Positions 41,274 to 51,512 of a stretch of 64,000 nucleotides of DNA are shown one piece after another. Every line of letters begins with the position of its first letter. Within the stretch, counting starts at the first letter, position 1. The stretch comes from Aquabacterium sp. (GTDB lineage: Bacteria; Pseudomonadota; Gammaproteobacteria; Burkholderiales; Burkholderiaceae_C), in the NCBI GenBank assembly GCA_049840915.1, contig JASGJC010000059.1:32195-96194 (forward strand), in the 5' to 3' direction. Position numbers and translations under genes: made by a program. The notes below the pieces were generated by a model. The model was not told the DNA's origin and made no database searches. It was given only the letters and a program-made list of their open reading frames with translations.

Positions 41274-41540
41274 TTACTTTGCCAATAAGGCCGAGCAGGC
41301 GGCAACAAGCCAAACCTCTCGTCGCGTTTCCCGATAGTTGGGCCTGAACGCATGAGCCATACCGGCGGCTAACGCGGTTCTTGCTTCTTCGACAGCTGGC
41401 GGGTCTATGCCTAACAACTGGGCCACTTCTTCGAGGACACCTCTCTCATAGTTGCCGTCATCTTCAATAGCTTCGATGAATTGGCACAGTTCCCGAGCAA
41501 TCGCGACGGGACTAGGTGGTGATATTGGTAAGCTGCTCAT
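41274..41540 (-). CDS. Small hypothetical protein
   Basis: 88-aa ORF with AAGGCAGG upstream. Confidence 0.45.
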   Translation of the reverse strand: MSSLPISPPSPVAIARELCQFIEAIEDDGNYERGVLEEVAQLLGIDPPAVEEARTALAAGMAHAFRPNYRETRREVWLVAACSALLAK

Positions 41541-41570
41541 TGCCTGCCTTTTTGTTGATTGCCTGAATCG

Positions 41571-41963
41571 TCAGGCGGCCGGTACTAGCGCAACGCTGGC
41601 CTGCACTTCATCCCAAGGCGCAGACAGCCTGCGTCCGTCGCGCAGCAGCAGGCCCACAGCTTCGAGCGCCGCCACGTCCTGATGCACGTTCTTATAGTCT
41701 CGCCCGATGGCTGCCGACAGTTCGCGTGTGTTGGAGGCCCCGTGCTGGCGCACATAGCGCAGCAGCTCCAAGCGCCGCGGCGACAACGTGGCCACCATGG
41801 CCTCAACGTCCAGGAAGGTGATGTGCGTCTCGTTGACAGGCTCGCCCTTCTCTGCCCGCTTCCAGGCGCTCACGAAGCGCTTGCCCATGCCCTGGAGGCT
41901 GTCGACATGCACCTGCACCTTGGCCGTGCCGTCCTTGGGGCTCTTGGGTGTCTTGCTGCTCAT
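41571..41963 (-). CDS. HVO_A0114-like HTH protein (putative antitoxin)
   Basis: LSPRRLELL...NTRELSAAIGRDYKNVHQDVAALEAVGL...APWDEV. Confidence 0.85.
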   Translation of the reverse strand: MSSKTPKSPKDGTAKVQVHVDSLQGMGKRFVSAWKRAEKGEPVNETHITFLDVEAMVATLSPRRLELLRYVRQHGASNTRELSAAIGRDYKNVHQDVAALEAVGLLLRDGRRLSAPWDEVQASVALVPAA

Positions 41964-42110
41964 GCTCTTGCCCTTTCAACGTCTGCCAGGAAGTCGGCGA
42001 CCAGCTTACATGCACCTGCACCTTGGCCGTGCCGTCCTTGGGGCTCTTGGGTGTCTTGCTGCTCATGCTCTTGCCCTTTCAACGTCTGCCAGGAAGTCGG
42101 CGACCAGCTT
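41905..42110. repeat. Perfect 103-bp tandem duplication across the TA gene junction
   Basis: 41905-42007 identical to 42008-42110. Confidence 0.92.
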
Positions 42111-42362
42111 TTCAGCGTCCACGAATCGATAGGCCGTCTCCCGGCCCTTGAAGTGCCGGTGATCACCCTTGCCGCGCTCGTTGTCGTAGCCCACGATGCG
42201 CTCGCCGTCCTTGCCGTAAAACAGCCGGTACTTGAGGCCATGCGTGGTCGGCGGCACCGGTTCAGGAACCCGCCAGATCACCATCTCAACGATGCCGCCA
42301 TCTGGCAGCACGGCCTTGTCGTAGAAGATTCGTTCGGCTTTATTTATGGTTACTTTAGCCAT
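42063..42362 (-). CDS. DUF6516/TumE-family putative toxin
   Basis: IWRVPEPVPPTTHGLKYRL...GYDNERGKGDHRH...Y.F...EKLVADF. Confidence 0.85.
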   Translation of the reverse strand: MAKVTINKAERIFYDKAVLPDGGIVEMVIWRVPEPVPPTTHGLKYRLFYGKDGERIVGYDNERGKGDHRHFKGRETAYRFVDAEKLVADFLADVERARA

Positions 42363-42386
42363 AAATATTTATGGTGTCAATGACCA

Positions 42387-43631
42387 TCACGCTTTCACTT
42401 TCATCGGGATCACCTCAGCGCCTCGGCGCAATTGGTCCAAGTAGTCGGCCCAGATCTGCATCATCTGGCGACGCTGCTGGAGGTACTCGGCACGGTCGTA
42501 GGCGCTGCCCAGCGGCCCTGCCTTGCCGTGCCCGAGCTGGGCCTCGACCATGTCGGCCGAGATGCCCGGGATGCGCTCGGCGATCATCGTGCGCGCCATG
42601 GCCCGGAAACCGTGGGCCACATGTTCGTCATTGCCGAAGTCGAGCCGGCGCAGTGCCGCGTTGACAGTGCCGTCGCTCATGGGCTTCTCGTGGTCGCGCG
42701 CACCGGGGAACACGTACCGGCCATGCCCAGTAAGCAGCTTGACCGCGCGCAGGATTTCAACGGCCTGGGTGGCCAGGGGCACCAGGTGCGCCTTGCCATT
42801 GACCTTCTCGTGCTTGACGCGCTTCATGTCGGCCGGCGGGATGGTCAACATTGCGTTGTCGAGATCCAGCCAAACCCATTCCATTGCGCGGATGTTGCCC
42901 GGGCGCTGAAAGAACATCGCCGACAGCTTCAGGGCCGCCACCGTGGTCGGTTGCCCGGTGTAGCCATCGATCGCGCGCAGCAGGCCCCCCGCCTCCACCG
43001 GGTCGAGCACCGCGGAGAAGTGCTTGGCCACATGGGGTTTGAGTGCACCTTTCAGATCGGCGGCCGGGTTGTGCTCGCAATGCCCAGCCTGGATGCCGTA
43101 GCGAAACACCTGGCCAGCCATCTGCTGCAAGTCCTGGGCGGTGCTCAGGATGCCTTTGGCCTCCACCTTGCGCAGCGCCGCCAGCAGGGCCGGGGCCTTG
43201 ATGCTGGCAATGGGCAAAGGGCCGAGATGGGGGAACAGGTACAGCTCGTTCATCCGCAGCCATTTGGCGGCGTGGCCTTCGCTCCAGCCCGCAGCCTTCA
43301 CGCCGTGGAACTCCCGCGCCACTGCCTCGTAGGTCGTGGCGCTGCTGGCCGCCTTGGCGATCTTGTCAGCCTTGCGGGCCTGGACAGGGTCGGCGCCGCG
43401 CTCGCGGGTCTTGCGCGCCTGGTCCCTGCCCTCCCTGGCCGCCTTGAGCGACACAGCGGGATAAGTGCCCAGCGCCAAGCGTTTCTCCTTGCCGCCAAAC
43501 CGGTACTTGGCGAACCAGCGCTTGGAGCCGTTGGCCGCCACCTCGAGGTACAGGCCGCCGGCATCGGCCAGGCGAATGCGGGCCTTGCCTTCTGGGCAAC
43601 TGGCGTTTTTGCAGGCTGGATCGGTCAACAT
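42387..43631 (-). CDS. P4-type tyrosine integrase with arm-binding domain
   Basis: DAGGLYLEV...GSKRW...LALGTYP; QRPGN, HGFR, QLGH, AYDRAEY catalytic motifs. Confidence 0.95.
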   Translation of the reverse strand: MLTDPACKNASCPEGKARIRLADAGGLYLEVAANGSKRWFAKYRFGGKEKRLALGTYPAVSLKAAREGRDQARKTRERGADPVQARKADKIAKAASSATTYEAVAREFHGVKAAGWSEGHAAKWLRMNELYLFPHLGPLPIASIKAPALLAALRKVEAKGILSTAQDLQQMAGQVFRYGIQAGHCEHNPAADLKGALKPHVAKHFSAVLDPVEAGGLLRAIDGYTGQPTTVAALKLSAMFFQRPGNIRAMEWVWLDLDNAMLTIPPADMKRVKHEKVNGKAHLVPLATQAVEILRAVKLLTGHGRYVFPGARDHEKPMSDGTVNAALRRLDFGNDEHVAHGFRAMARTMIAERIPGISADMVEAQLGHGKAGPLGSAYDRAEYLQQRRQMMQIWADYLDQLRRGAEVIPMKVKA

Positions 43632-43810
43632 GGGGGAACACTCCGGGGGCACAGCGGCCAGCCCGATGGGGGCACAGTCGCTTTGTTCCCCTTATTGTTC
43701 CCCCACTTACCCTGAGATGTAAAGAGGCGAGTTGATACGGCCTGAGAAAGAAAAAACCCCTAAGTGCTTGATTCACCTAGGGGTTTGATGCGGCATGAGA
43801 TGCCTTGATA
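43632..43810. promoter_or_regulatory. Proximal att accessory sites: arm sites and 10-bp-phased TGA(G/T)A repeats
   Basis: GGGGG(A/C)ACA at 43632, 43645, 43668; TTGTTCCCC at 43683, 43695; TGAGA/TGATA at 43713, 43733, 43743, 43796, 43806. Confidence 0.65.
43751..43786 (-). terminator. Hairpin/terminator downstream of tRNA-Gly
   Basis: AAACCCCTA...TAGGGGTTT stem followed by T-run on the minus strand. Confidence 0.65.
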
Positions 43811-43818
43811 TGCGTATC

Positions 43819-43892
43819 TGGAGCGGGTGATGGGAATCGAACCCACGTTATTTGCTTGGGAAGCAAGAGTCCTACCATTGAACGACACCCGC
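43819..43892 (-). tRNA. tRNA-Gly (CCC)
   Basis: GCGGGTG acceptor stem, TTGCT-TCCCA-AGCAA anticodon arm, GGTTCGATTCC T-arm, encoded CCA. Confidence 0.96.
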
Positions 43893-43944
43893 GATGGGCG
43901 CGATTGTAAGCCGTCTTGCCAGCCCAAGCCGTCTCACGTCGACT

Positions 43945-43978
43945 AAAAACAAAGCGGCTGCCTTTTCAAGCAGCCGCC
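43945..43978 (-). terminator. Intrinsic terminator after the PEP-CTERM gene
   Basis: GCGGCTGC...GCAGCCGC stem then T-rich tail on the minus strand. Confidence 0.7.
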
Positions 43979-44003
43979 TGGCCTTTCGGGTATGAAGGCT
44001 CGC

Positions 44004-44768
44004 TCAGATCCTCATCTTGCGGCGAGACACCATGGCCATCCCCATAAGCCCCAGCACCATCATGGCCGTCGAGGGCAATTCAGGCACAGCCGCCAGGGCA
44101 ACCTTGAAGGGCGTGGCATTGACCGGCGAGCGAAGACCGGCGTTGATGTCGATCGTGATCGTGCCGAAGTCCAGCGTCTTCAAGGGGTTCTGCAAGGCGG
44201 CGCTCAGTTTCAGGCCGCTGGTGAACGTGTCCAGCGCCGACGCGGTGAACACCAGGTTGCTCAAGGTTTGGTGCATGTTCAGCGTCAAACCATTCAGGCC
44301 GATTTTCAAATCGGTCGAATCGAATGAATACAGCGACGAGCCATATGTCGTGACGCCGTTGGCGGTGATATCCGCCAAAACCAAGTCTTTCGAGTAATCC
44401 ACCACGAAATTGGCCAAAGTCACGCTGCGGCTGCCACGGGTGATTTGCAGCGCCGCGCCACTGGTCGTGCCCATATTAGGGTCGACCAGCGGAGAAAACG
44501 GCGGCAGGCCGATCGACACGTCCACCTTCGTAATCGGCAGGTTGAAGGACGACGCCGCACCGTCCGTCGACTTCAACGTCGACGCCGTGCCCAGCGAAGC
44601 GATGGATGTATCGGCCGCGAACATGGCATCGAGCGCATCCTGCGACAGGCTGAAGACCGAGTTGGCCTGAAGCGCGCGCATGTCGAGCGTCAAGGCGCTG
44701 GCCGAGACGGTAAATGCCGTGATGGCGACGGCACCGAGGGCTTTAACAGAATATGTCAGTGTCTTCAC
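44004..44768 (-). CDS. Secreted beta-rich protein with PEP-CTERM-type anchor
   Basis: GGAG RBS + GTG, signal peptide ASA|LT, C-terminal VPELPSTAMMVLGLMGMAMVSRRK. Confidence 0.85.
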   Translation of the reverse strand: MKTLTYSVKALGAVAITAFTVSASALTLDMRALQANSVFSLSQDALDAMFAADTSIASLGTASTLKSTDGAASSFNLPITKVDVSIGLPPFSPLVDPNMGTTSGAALQITRGSRSVTLANFVVDYSKDLVLADITANGVTTYGSSLYSFDSTDLKIGLNGLTLNMHQTLSNLVFTASALDTFTSGLKLSAALQNPLKTLDFGTITIDINAGLRSPVNATPFKVALAAVPELPSTAMMVLGLMGMAMVSRRKMRI

Positions 44769-45044
44769 GAGAATAACTCCACTAAAAGGGTGGCTGTTGA
44801 CTGAATCATGCCCGCAACCCAGACATCTCGTTACACCCATACGGCAACCGCACCGGCTCAAAATGCATTTACATCGCACATGTGTGCAGTTTGCACAGTA
44901 AGCCGCATACCCCCGATTAAGGGTATTCTCGATATGAAAAATAGATAACGTGAATATTCAACGGCCGCATCGCGACCCGGTGTCAGGGTCAATCTGAGGC
45001 ACACTCTCGACCTCGTCCAACGACCTCTTTGACTGTTTTTGCCC

Positions 45045-45779
45045 ATGGCCAGCAGCGACGCCCCCGACACCTCCGCCGAAGACACCGATCAAACACCCGA
45101 TGGCGGCCCTGCCCACCCGCGTGCCATCCGCAGCTACGTGATGCGCGCCGGGCGCACCACCGAGGGCCAGGCCCGCGCCCTGGCCGACCTCGGGCCGCGC
45201 TTCGTGCTGCCCTATGACGCCGCCCCCATGGACTACGCCGCCATCTTCGGCCGCACGGCTCCCGTGGTGCTCGAAATCGGCTTCGGCATGGGCGACGCCA
45301 CCGCCAAGATCGCACAGGCCTTGCCCGACACCGACTTCATCGGCTGCGAGGTGCATGAGCCTGGTGTGGGCGCCCTGCTCAAGCACATCGGCGAGATGGG
45401 CCTTGGCAATGTGCGCGTGATCCGCCATGACGCGGTCGAGGTGCTGCAGCACATGATTCCGCCTGCCTCGCTGGCCGGCGTGCACATCTTCTTCCCCGAC
45501 CCCTGGCACAAGAAGCGCCACCACAAGCGCCGCCTGATCCAGGCCCCGCTGGTCGCACACCTCACTTCGCGCCTGGCGCCAGGCGGCTACCTGCATTGCG
45601 CCACCGACTGGGAGCCCTATGCCCAGCAGATCCTCGAGGTGCTGAGCGCCGAACCCGGCCTGGTCAACAGCGCCGATGGCTATGCCGAGAAGCCCGCCTA
45701 CCGCCCGCTGACCAAGTTCGAGAACCGCGGCCTGCGGCTAGGCCATGGCGTGTGGGACCTGGTGTTCCGCAAAAAGTAG
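45045..45779 (+). CDS. trmB: tRNA (guanine-N7)-methyltransferase
   Basis: [31 protein letters not shown]. Confidence 0.96.
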   Translation: MASSDAPDTSAEDTDQTPDGGPAHPRAIRSYVMRAGRTTEGQARALADLGPRFVLPYDAAPMDYAAIFGRTAPVVLEIGFGMGDATAKIAQALPDTDFIGCEVHEPGVGALLKHIGEMGLGNVRVIRHDAVEVLQHMIPPASLAGVHIFFPDPWHKKRHHKRRLIQAPLVAHLTSRLAPGGYLHCATDWEPYAQQILEVLSAEPGLVNSADGYAEKPAYRPLTKFENRGLRLGHGVWDLVFRKK

Positions 45780-45801
45780 GCGCGAGGCGATCAAGGCACC
45801 G

Positions 45802-45838
45802 AAAAAAAAGGCAGCCGCTTCGCAGTGGCTGCCTTTTT
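45802..45838. terminator. Bidirectional intrinsic terminator
   Basis: A-run-GGCAGCCGCT TCGC AGTGGCTGCC-T-run between convergent genes. Confidence 0.85.
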
Positions 45839-45886
45839 CATTTGCCGGCTTGCGTCAACAAACCGGGCTCGCGTGAACAACAACGA

Positions 45887-46714
45887 TCAGTTGCCGCTCC
45901 ACTTGTAGTCGGTCTTGGCCTTGGCCTTCAGATCGTCGCGGAACTTGGCCATCTTGGCCTGGTCCAGGCGCTGGATGATCTGGCCCTTGACTTCGTCGAA
46001 GCTGGGGAACTGCGTGTTGCGCACGTCTTCCAGCTTGATGATGTGGTAGCCGAACTGCGACTTCACGGGCGTGTCGGTCATCTGGCCCTTTTCCAGCTTG
46101 GTCAAGGCGGCCGAGAACTCGGGCACGTAGTTGCCGGGGTTGGCCCAATCCAGGTCGCCGCCGTTTTCAGCGGAGCCGGGGTCCTTCGAGTTCTTCTTGG
46201 CCAGGTCCTCGAACTTGGCGCCAGCCTTGATCTGGGCGATCAGGGCCTTGGCATCTTCTTCCTTCTCGACCAGGATGTGGCGGGCGCGGTATTCCTTGTC
46301 GCCGTTCGATGCCTTGATCTTGTCGTACTCGGCCTTGGCTTCGGCGTCGGTCGTCGGGTTCTTCTTCGCGTAGTCCTGGAACAGGGCGCGGATCAGGATC
46401 GACTGGCGGGCGAACTCCATCTGCGTCTTGTAGTCGGCGGAGGCTTGCAGGCCACGGCGCTCGGCTTCTTGCATGAAGATTTCGCGCAGGACGATCTCGT
46501 CCTTGACCTTCTGCTCCAGCTCGGGCGTCTTGGCCTGCGGAGGCTGGCCAGGCTGAGCTGGCTGCTTGACGATCTGGTCGATCATGGCATCGACGCGTGC
46601 TTTGGGCACGGGCTTGCCGTTGACCGTGGCGATGTTTTGCGCGAACACCAGCGGCGCGGCCAGCGTGAGCGATGCAGCCAGCATGGCGGCCTTGGCGATA
46701 CGAGAAGTCTTCAT
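45887..46714 (-). CDS. Periplasmic parvulin-type peptidylprolyl isomerase
   Basis: Signal peptide, ARHILV, GGDLDW, SQFGYHII. Confidence 0.93.
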   Translation of the reverse strand: MKTSRIAKAAMLAASLTLAAPLVFAQNIATVNGKPVPKARVDAMIDQIVKQPAQPGQPPQAKTPELEQKVKDEIVLREIFMQEAERRGLQASADYKTQMEFARQSILIRALFQDYAKKNPTTDAEAKAEYDKIKASNGDKEYRARHILVEKEEDAKALIAQIKAGAKFEDLAKKNSKDPGSAENGGDLDWANPGNYVPEFSAALTKLEKGQMTDTPVKSQFGYHIIKLEDVRNTQFPSFDEVKGQIIQRLDQAKMAKFRDDLKAKAKTDYKWSGN

Positions 46715-46744
46715 GATGAGCGGAAAAGCTTTCAAAAATTGAAT

Positions 46745-47020
46745 TCAGACGGGCTCGGCTTTGATCGCCAAAGCATGAATGCCCTGGGGTATCAAATCGC
46801 GCAGGGCATCATACACAAGCCGATGGCGCTGAACGTGTGACAAACCGTTGAAGCAACGCGCACGGACATGGATGGAAAAGTGCGTACCAAAATCGGCCCC
46901 GCTGCTCCCCGCATGCCCGGCGTGCTGGCTGCTGTCGTCCGTCACCAGGCAGCTTTCGGGCTGCAAAGCCTTGTGCAGTGCGGCTTCCAGCTGACTGGCA
47001 TTGACGGTAACGCGGCTCAT
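46745..47020 (-). CDS. bolA: BolA family protein
   Basis: DDSSQHAGH, THF, RHRLVY, IHALAI. Confidence 0.92.
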   Translation of the reverse strand: MSRVTVNASQLEAALHKALQPESCLVTDDSSQHAGHAGSSGADFGTHFSIHVRARCFNGLSHVQRHRLVYDALRDLIPQGIHALAIKAEPV

Positions 47021-47056
47021 CTCGGATCCCTCGATCGGTCATAAGTTCCAAAGAAA

Positions 47057-47692
47057 TCAACCAGCCTTGCTGGCTTCTTCCGGCTTCATGTGGCGACCCA
47101 GATACAGACCCTGTATCAGCGTAAACACCAAGGTCAGGCCCAGGCTGCCCCACATCTTGAAGTTGACCCAGGTTTCGGTCGGGAAGTGATAGGCCACCCA
47201 CAGATTGAGCACGCCCATGCCGACGAAGAACAGCACCCAGGCCCAGCCCAGTTGCTTCCAGACGAAGTCGGGGGCATCGATCTGGCCGCCCATCATCTGC
47301 ATCAGCATCTTGCGGCCCAGGATGATCTCGGTGACCAGGAAGCCCGCCGCCATCAGCCAGTAGATGATGGTCGGCTTCCATTTGATGAAGGTCTCGTCGT
47401 GGAACCACAGCGTCAGCCCGCCCAGCACCACGACCACGACGAGGCCGGCCCACAGCATCTTGTCCACGGGCTTGCGCAACGCCTTGAGCACGACGATCTG
47501 CAGCAAGGTCGCGGCGATCACGATCACGGTCGCGAACAGGACGGGCGCTTCGGTGCCACCCACGACCCCGCCCGATACGGCGAAGCCCAGGTGCTGCGTC
47601 ATCCACTGTGAAGCCAGCTCCTTGTGCCCTTCCGCCCATTTGAAGCTGGCGAAGAACAGGAATATGGGCAGGAGGTCGAAAAGAATCTTCAT
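47057..47692 (-). CDS. yciB: Inner membrane protein YciB (septation protein A)
   Basis: FIKWKPT, WVNFK. Confidence 0.93.
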   Translation of the reverse strand: MKILFDLLPIFLFFASFKWAEGHKELASQWMTQHLGFAVSGGVVGGTEAPVLFATVIVIAATLLQIVVLKALRKPVDKMLWAGLVVVVVLGGLTLWFHDETFIKWKPTIIYWLMAAGFLVTEIILGRKMLMQMMGGQIDAPDFVWKQLGWAWVLFFVGMGVLNLWVAYHFPTETWVNFKMWGSLGLTLVFTLIQGLYLGRHMKPEEASKAG

Positions 47693-47731
47693 GTCGTGAT
47701 CAGCCCGGACACCAGGCTCCGTGTGATGCGC

Positions 47732-48136
47732 TCAAGCTTTGCGCGACTCGAAGTCTAGCGCGGCCGAGTTGATGCAGAAGCGCTCGCCGGTCGGCGCGGG
47801 CCCATCTTCGAAGACATGGCCCAGGTGCGCGCCGCAGTTCTGGCACCGCACCTCGACGCGCGTCATGCCATGGCTGTGGTCTACCACGCGCTCGATGATG
47901 CCCTCCTGCGCGGGCTGGAAGTAGCTCGGCCAGCCGCAGCCCGCGTCGAACTTGGTGTCCGACTCGAACAGCTTGGCGCCACAGCAGACGCACTTGTAGG
48001 CGCCGTTCTCGAAGAAGTCCCAGTAGCGCCCGGTGAAGGCCCGCTCCGTGGCCGCCTGGCGCGTGACCTGGTAGTCCATCGGATCGAGCTGGGCGCGCCA
48101 CTCGGCATCGGTTTTCTTGACGTTGTAGTCGCTCAT
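47732..48136 (-). CDS. msrB: Methionine-R-sulfoxide reductase
   Basis: [29 protein letters not shown]. Confidence 0.96.
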   Translation of the reverse strand: MSDYNVKKTDAEWRAQLDPMDYQVTRQAATERAFTGRYWDFFENGAYKCVCCGAKLFESDTKFDAGCGWPSYFQPAQEGIIERVVDHSHGMTRVEVRCQNCGAHLGHVFEDGPAPTGERFCINSAALDFESRKA

Positions 48137-49689
48137 GATGAACAGGAGACCTCAATGGACTGGGCCCAATCGGGCGGGAAGGTGGCGAAATCCTCGAAGC
48201 CGGGGCGCTCTTCGAAGGGCTGGCGCAAGGCCTGGTAGATGCGGTCGATCTCGCTGAAATCACCCCCCTGCGCACGCCGGATCGCCGTCTCGGCCATGTG
48301 GTTGCGCAGCACATAGACCGGGTTGACGCGGCGCATGCGCTCGGCGCGCTCGGCGTCCACGCTGCCTTCGGCGCGCAGGCGCTCAGCGTAACGCAAGGCC
48401 CAGGCATCGAAAGCGGCGCGGTCCATGAACAGGTCGCGGATGGGCGCATTGGCCGCGTGGTCGGGTGGCACATCGCTGCGGAAATCGCACAGGCGCCTGA
48501 ACGCGATCGTGAAGTCGACATGCGTGGGCGCCATGGTCTGCAGCAAGTCGATGGCGAGTTGGCCATCGCCCTCTTGCTCGGTTTGCAGGCCCAGCTTGGC
48601 GGACCATCTGGCGCGCATCGCCTGCGGGAAGCGCTGCTCACAGGTCTGCAGCACGTCGATCACGACCTGCGCATCGTCCTTGGCTTCAGGGATCAGCGGC
48701 AGCAACGCCTGGGCCAGCGCGCGCAGATTCCAGTAGCCGATCTGCGGCTGGTTGTTCCACGAGTAGCGGCCGTGCGTGTCCGAGTGGTTGCAGATGTGGT
48801 TCGGGTCAAAGCCATCGAGGAAGCCGAAGGGCCCGTAGTCGATCGTCAAGCCGAGGATGGACATGTTGTCCGTGTTCATCACGCCATGGCAGAAACCCAC
48901 CGATTGCCAATCGGCCATGAGCGTGGCCGTGCGCGCGACCACGGCATCCAGCAAGGCCAGCGCGCGGTTGGGCGCGGCCTGCAGATGCGGGTAGTGGTGC
49001 GTCACGACGAAATCGACCAAGGCCCGCAAGGCATCGATGTGCCCGGGCTCGCCGCTGTGCGCGAAATGCTCGAAGTGCCCGAAGCGGATGAAGCTGGGCG
49101 CCACGCGCGCGACCACGGCCGCCGTCTCGATGGTCTCGCGCCGAACGGGCTGCGGCGAGGCCACCAGGCTCAAGGCGCGCGTCGTCGGGATGCCCAGTGC
49201 ATGCATGGCCTCGCTGCACAGGAACTCGCGGATGGACGAGCGCAGCACCGCACGCCCATCGGCCCGGCGCGAATACGGCGTGGCGCCCGCGCCCTTGAGC
49301 TGGATCTCCTGCAAGCCGATGGGGCTGTTCACCTCGCCCAGCAACAAGGCGCGGCCATCGCCCAGCTGCCCGGCCCACACGCCGAACTGATGACCGCTGT
49401 AGACCGTGGCCATGGGCGCCATGCCCGGCCAAACGCCCTCGCCACTGAACACGCGCAGGCTCAATGGCGCTTCGTACCAGTTGGCGGGCCAGCCCAGTTG
49501 CGCGGCCAGGTCGTGGTTCAGCGCCACCCATTGCGGCGCGGGCAAAGCAGCGCCCTGCCAGTCGGTGCCGAGCGGCACGCTCAATGTGGACGATGTATGC
49601 CGATGCAATTCGGCAAAGCGGTTCACCCACGAAGAGGCCTCGGGTGTCCAGGCAAAGCTGTGTAAAGCCGGTTTGATGGCGTCAGGCAT
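48133..49689 (-). CDS. selO: Protein adenylyltransferase SelO (YdiU)
   Basis: [27 protein letters not shown]-terminal SCSS. Confidence 0.95.
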   Translation of the reverse strand: MPDAIKPALHSFAWTPEASSWVNRFAELHRHTSSTLSVPLGTDWQGAALPAPQWVALNHDLAAQLGWPANWYEAPLSLRVFSGEGVWPGMAPMATVYSGHQFGVWAGQLGDGRALLLGEVNSPIGLQEIQLKGAGATPYSRRADGRAVLRSSIREFLCSEAMHALGIPTTRALSLVASPQPVRRETIETAAVVARVAPSFIRFGHFEHFAHSGEPGHIDALRALVDFVVTHHYPHLQAAPNRALALLDAVVARTATLMADWQSVGFCHGVMNTDNMSILGLTIDYGPFGFLDGFDPNHICNHSDTHGRYSWNNQPQIGYWNLRALAQALLPLIPEAKDDAQVVIDVLQTCEQRFPQAMRARWSAKLGLQTEQEGDGQLAIDLLQTMAPTHVDFTIAFRRLCDFRSDVPPDHAANAPIRDLFMDRAAFDAWALRYAERLRAEGSVDAERAERMRRVNPVYVLRNHMAETAIRRAQGGDFSEIDRIYQALRQPFEERPGFEDFATFPPDWAQSIEVSCSS

Positions 49690-49794
49690 GTGGCGCAGTT
49701 TAGACAAGCCCCCCTGTCCCTGGGGCTGGGTTGGTCAATTCGCGTCAATTTGCTGCCCTAAGATGCGGCACCAATTGACTCCTGGAATTCGGCC

Positions 49795-50637
49795 ATGGAT
49801 ATTGTGCTGTTCATGAAATCCGCCCTCATGGGCATCGTGGAGGGGCTGACCGAGTTCCTCCCCATCTCCAGCACTGGCCACCTGATTCTGGCCGACTCGC
49901 TGCTGGACTTCGCACGCAGCGCCGGCGCCGAAAAAGCCAAGGTCTTCGAGATCGCGATCCAGACGGGAGCCATCTTCGCAGTGATGATCGTGTACATGCA
50001 GCGCATCAAGGACACGATCGCCGGCCTGGCCTCCGACCCGAAAGCACAGCGCTTCGCCATCAACGTGATCGTCGGCTTCCTGCCTGCCGTGGTGATCGGC
50101 CTGGCCGTGGGCAAGGTGATCAAGGAGCACCTGTTCAACGCGCCGGTCGTGGCCACGACCTTCATCCTGGGCGGCATCATCATCCTGATCGCCGAACGCT
50201 TCGCCGCGCAAAAGCCACGGGCCCGCGTCGAGACCGTGGACGACATGACCGTGATGGACGCGCTCAAGCTCGGCCTCATCCAGTGCCTGGCCCTGGTGCC
50301 CGGCACGAGCCGCTCTGGCTCGACCATCATCGGCGGCATGCTGCTGGGCCTGTCGCGCAAGGCCGCCACGGACTACAGCTTCTTCCTGGGCATCCCGACG
50401 CTCATCGGCGCCGGCGTCTACAGCCTCTACAAGGAGCGCGCGCTGCTGTCCGCCGACGACCTGCCCTTGTTCAGCGTCGGCCTGGTCTTCGCGTTCGTCT
50501 CGGCATGGATCTGCGTGCGCTGGCTGCTGCGCTACGTGTCCAGCCACAACTTCAACCCCTTCGCCTGGTACCGCATTGCCTTCGGCATCCTGATCCTCGT
50601 GTCCTGGCAGATGAACTGGATCACGTGGGCTGAATAA
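49795..50637 (+). CDS. uppP: Undecaprenyl-diphosphate phosphatase
   Basis: [21 protein letters not shown]. Confidence 0.96.
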   Translation: MDIVLFMKSALMGIVEGLTEFLPISSTGHLILADSLLDFARSAGAEKAKVFEIAIQTGAIFAVMIVYMQRIKDTIAGLASDPKAQRFAINVIVGFLPAVVIGLAVGKVIKEHLFNAPVVATTFILGGIIILIAERFAAQKPRARVETVDDMTVMDALKLGLIQCLALVPGTSRSGSTIIGGMLLGLSRKAATDYSFFLGIPTLIGAGVYSLYKERALLSADDLPLFSVGLVFAFVSAWICVRWLLRYVSSHNFNPFAWYRIAFGILILVSWQMNWITWAE

Positions 50638-50676
50638 GCCGGCCGCGCGGCAAAAGGGCTCGGCGACAATGGCGGC

Positions 50677-51495
50677 ATGCGCCTTCGTCACCAAGCCCTG
50701 CACATCCTGCTGATCAGCGACCCGACCGCCAAGGCTTTGGCGGCACGCGCGTTGCATGCGGCCTGGCAAGGCCCATCACACCAACTGGACGCGGCCCAGC
50801 GCAACGAAGCCATCACGCCGACCGCCGATCAAGCCTCGGCCATGCCCGGGCGCCCTGCCCGCCCGCTGCTCGTGCCAGCCAAGCAAGTGCCCTCGCGCTC
50901 GCCCTTCACGCTCGAAGGCCGCGCGGCCCTGCTGCATGCCATCTGCCACATCGAGTTCAACGCCATCAACCTGGCGCTGGATGCCGTCTGGCGCTTCGCC
51001 GGCATGCCGCCCGAGTTCTACACCGACTGGCTGCGCGTGGCCGATGAAGAGGCCTTGCACTTCACGCTGCTGCACGAGCACCTGCGAAGCCTGGGCTGGC
51101 GCTACGGCGACTTCGACGCGCACGACGGCCTGTGGAGCATGTGCGACAAGACGCAGGCCGACATCCTCGCCCGCATGGCCCTGGTGCCACGCACGCTCGA
51201 GGCCCGCGGCCTCGACGCCACGCCGCTCATCCAGGACAAGCTGACACGCGCGGGTGATGCGCGCGCCGTCGAGATCCTCGACATCATCCTGCGCGACGAA
51301 ATCGGCCACGTCGCCATCGGCAACCGCTGGTTCCACCACCTCTGCGATGAGCGCGGTTTGGATGCCACCACGCTGTATCCGCAATTGGTGACGCGGTACG
51401 AAGCCCCTCGCCTGCGCCCGCCGTTCAACGAGGCAGCGCGCAAGGCCGCCGGCTTCACTGAAGCCGAAATGGCCTTCTTGCTGGGCGCGGACTGA
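50677..51495 (+). CDS. DUF455 ferritin-like protein
   Basis: HIEFNAINLA, EEALH, LEARGLD, DEIGHV. Confidence 0.92.
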   Translation: MRLRHQALHILLISDPTAKALAARALHAAWQGPSHQLDAAQRNEAITPTADQASAMPGRPARPLLVPAKQVPSRSPFTLEGRAALLHAICHIEFNAINLALDAVWRFAGMPPEFYTDWLRVADEEALHFTLLHEHLRSLGWRYGDFDAHDGLWSMCDKTQADILARMALVPRTLEARGLDATPLIQDKLTRAGDARAVEILDIILRDEIGHVAIGNRWFHHLCDERGLDATTLYPQLVTRYEAPRLRPPFNEAARKAAGFTEAEMAFLLGAD

Positions 51496-51512
51496 GCCTC
51501 AACCCAAGCCAC

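Larger units (their letters stand above)
26847..43836. mobile_element. ~17-kb integrated phage-satellite/PICI-like island at tRNA-Gly(CCC)
   Basis: Flanking direct repeats of the tRNA 3' end, P4-type integrase, alpA, rep-like gene with iterons, no capsid/portal/tail. Confidence 0.9.

Noticed and set aside
26847-43836. Complete prophage or ICE
   Set aside because: No capsid, portal, TerL, tail, lysis, relaxase or T4SS genes between the att sites
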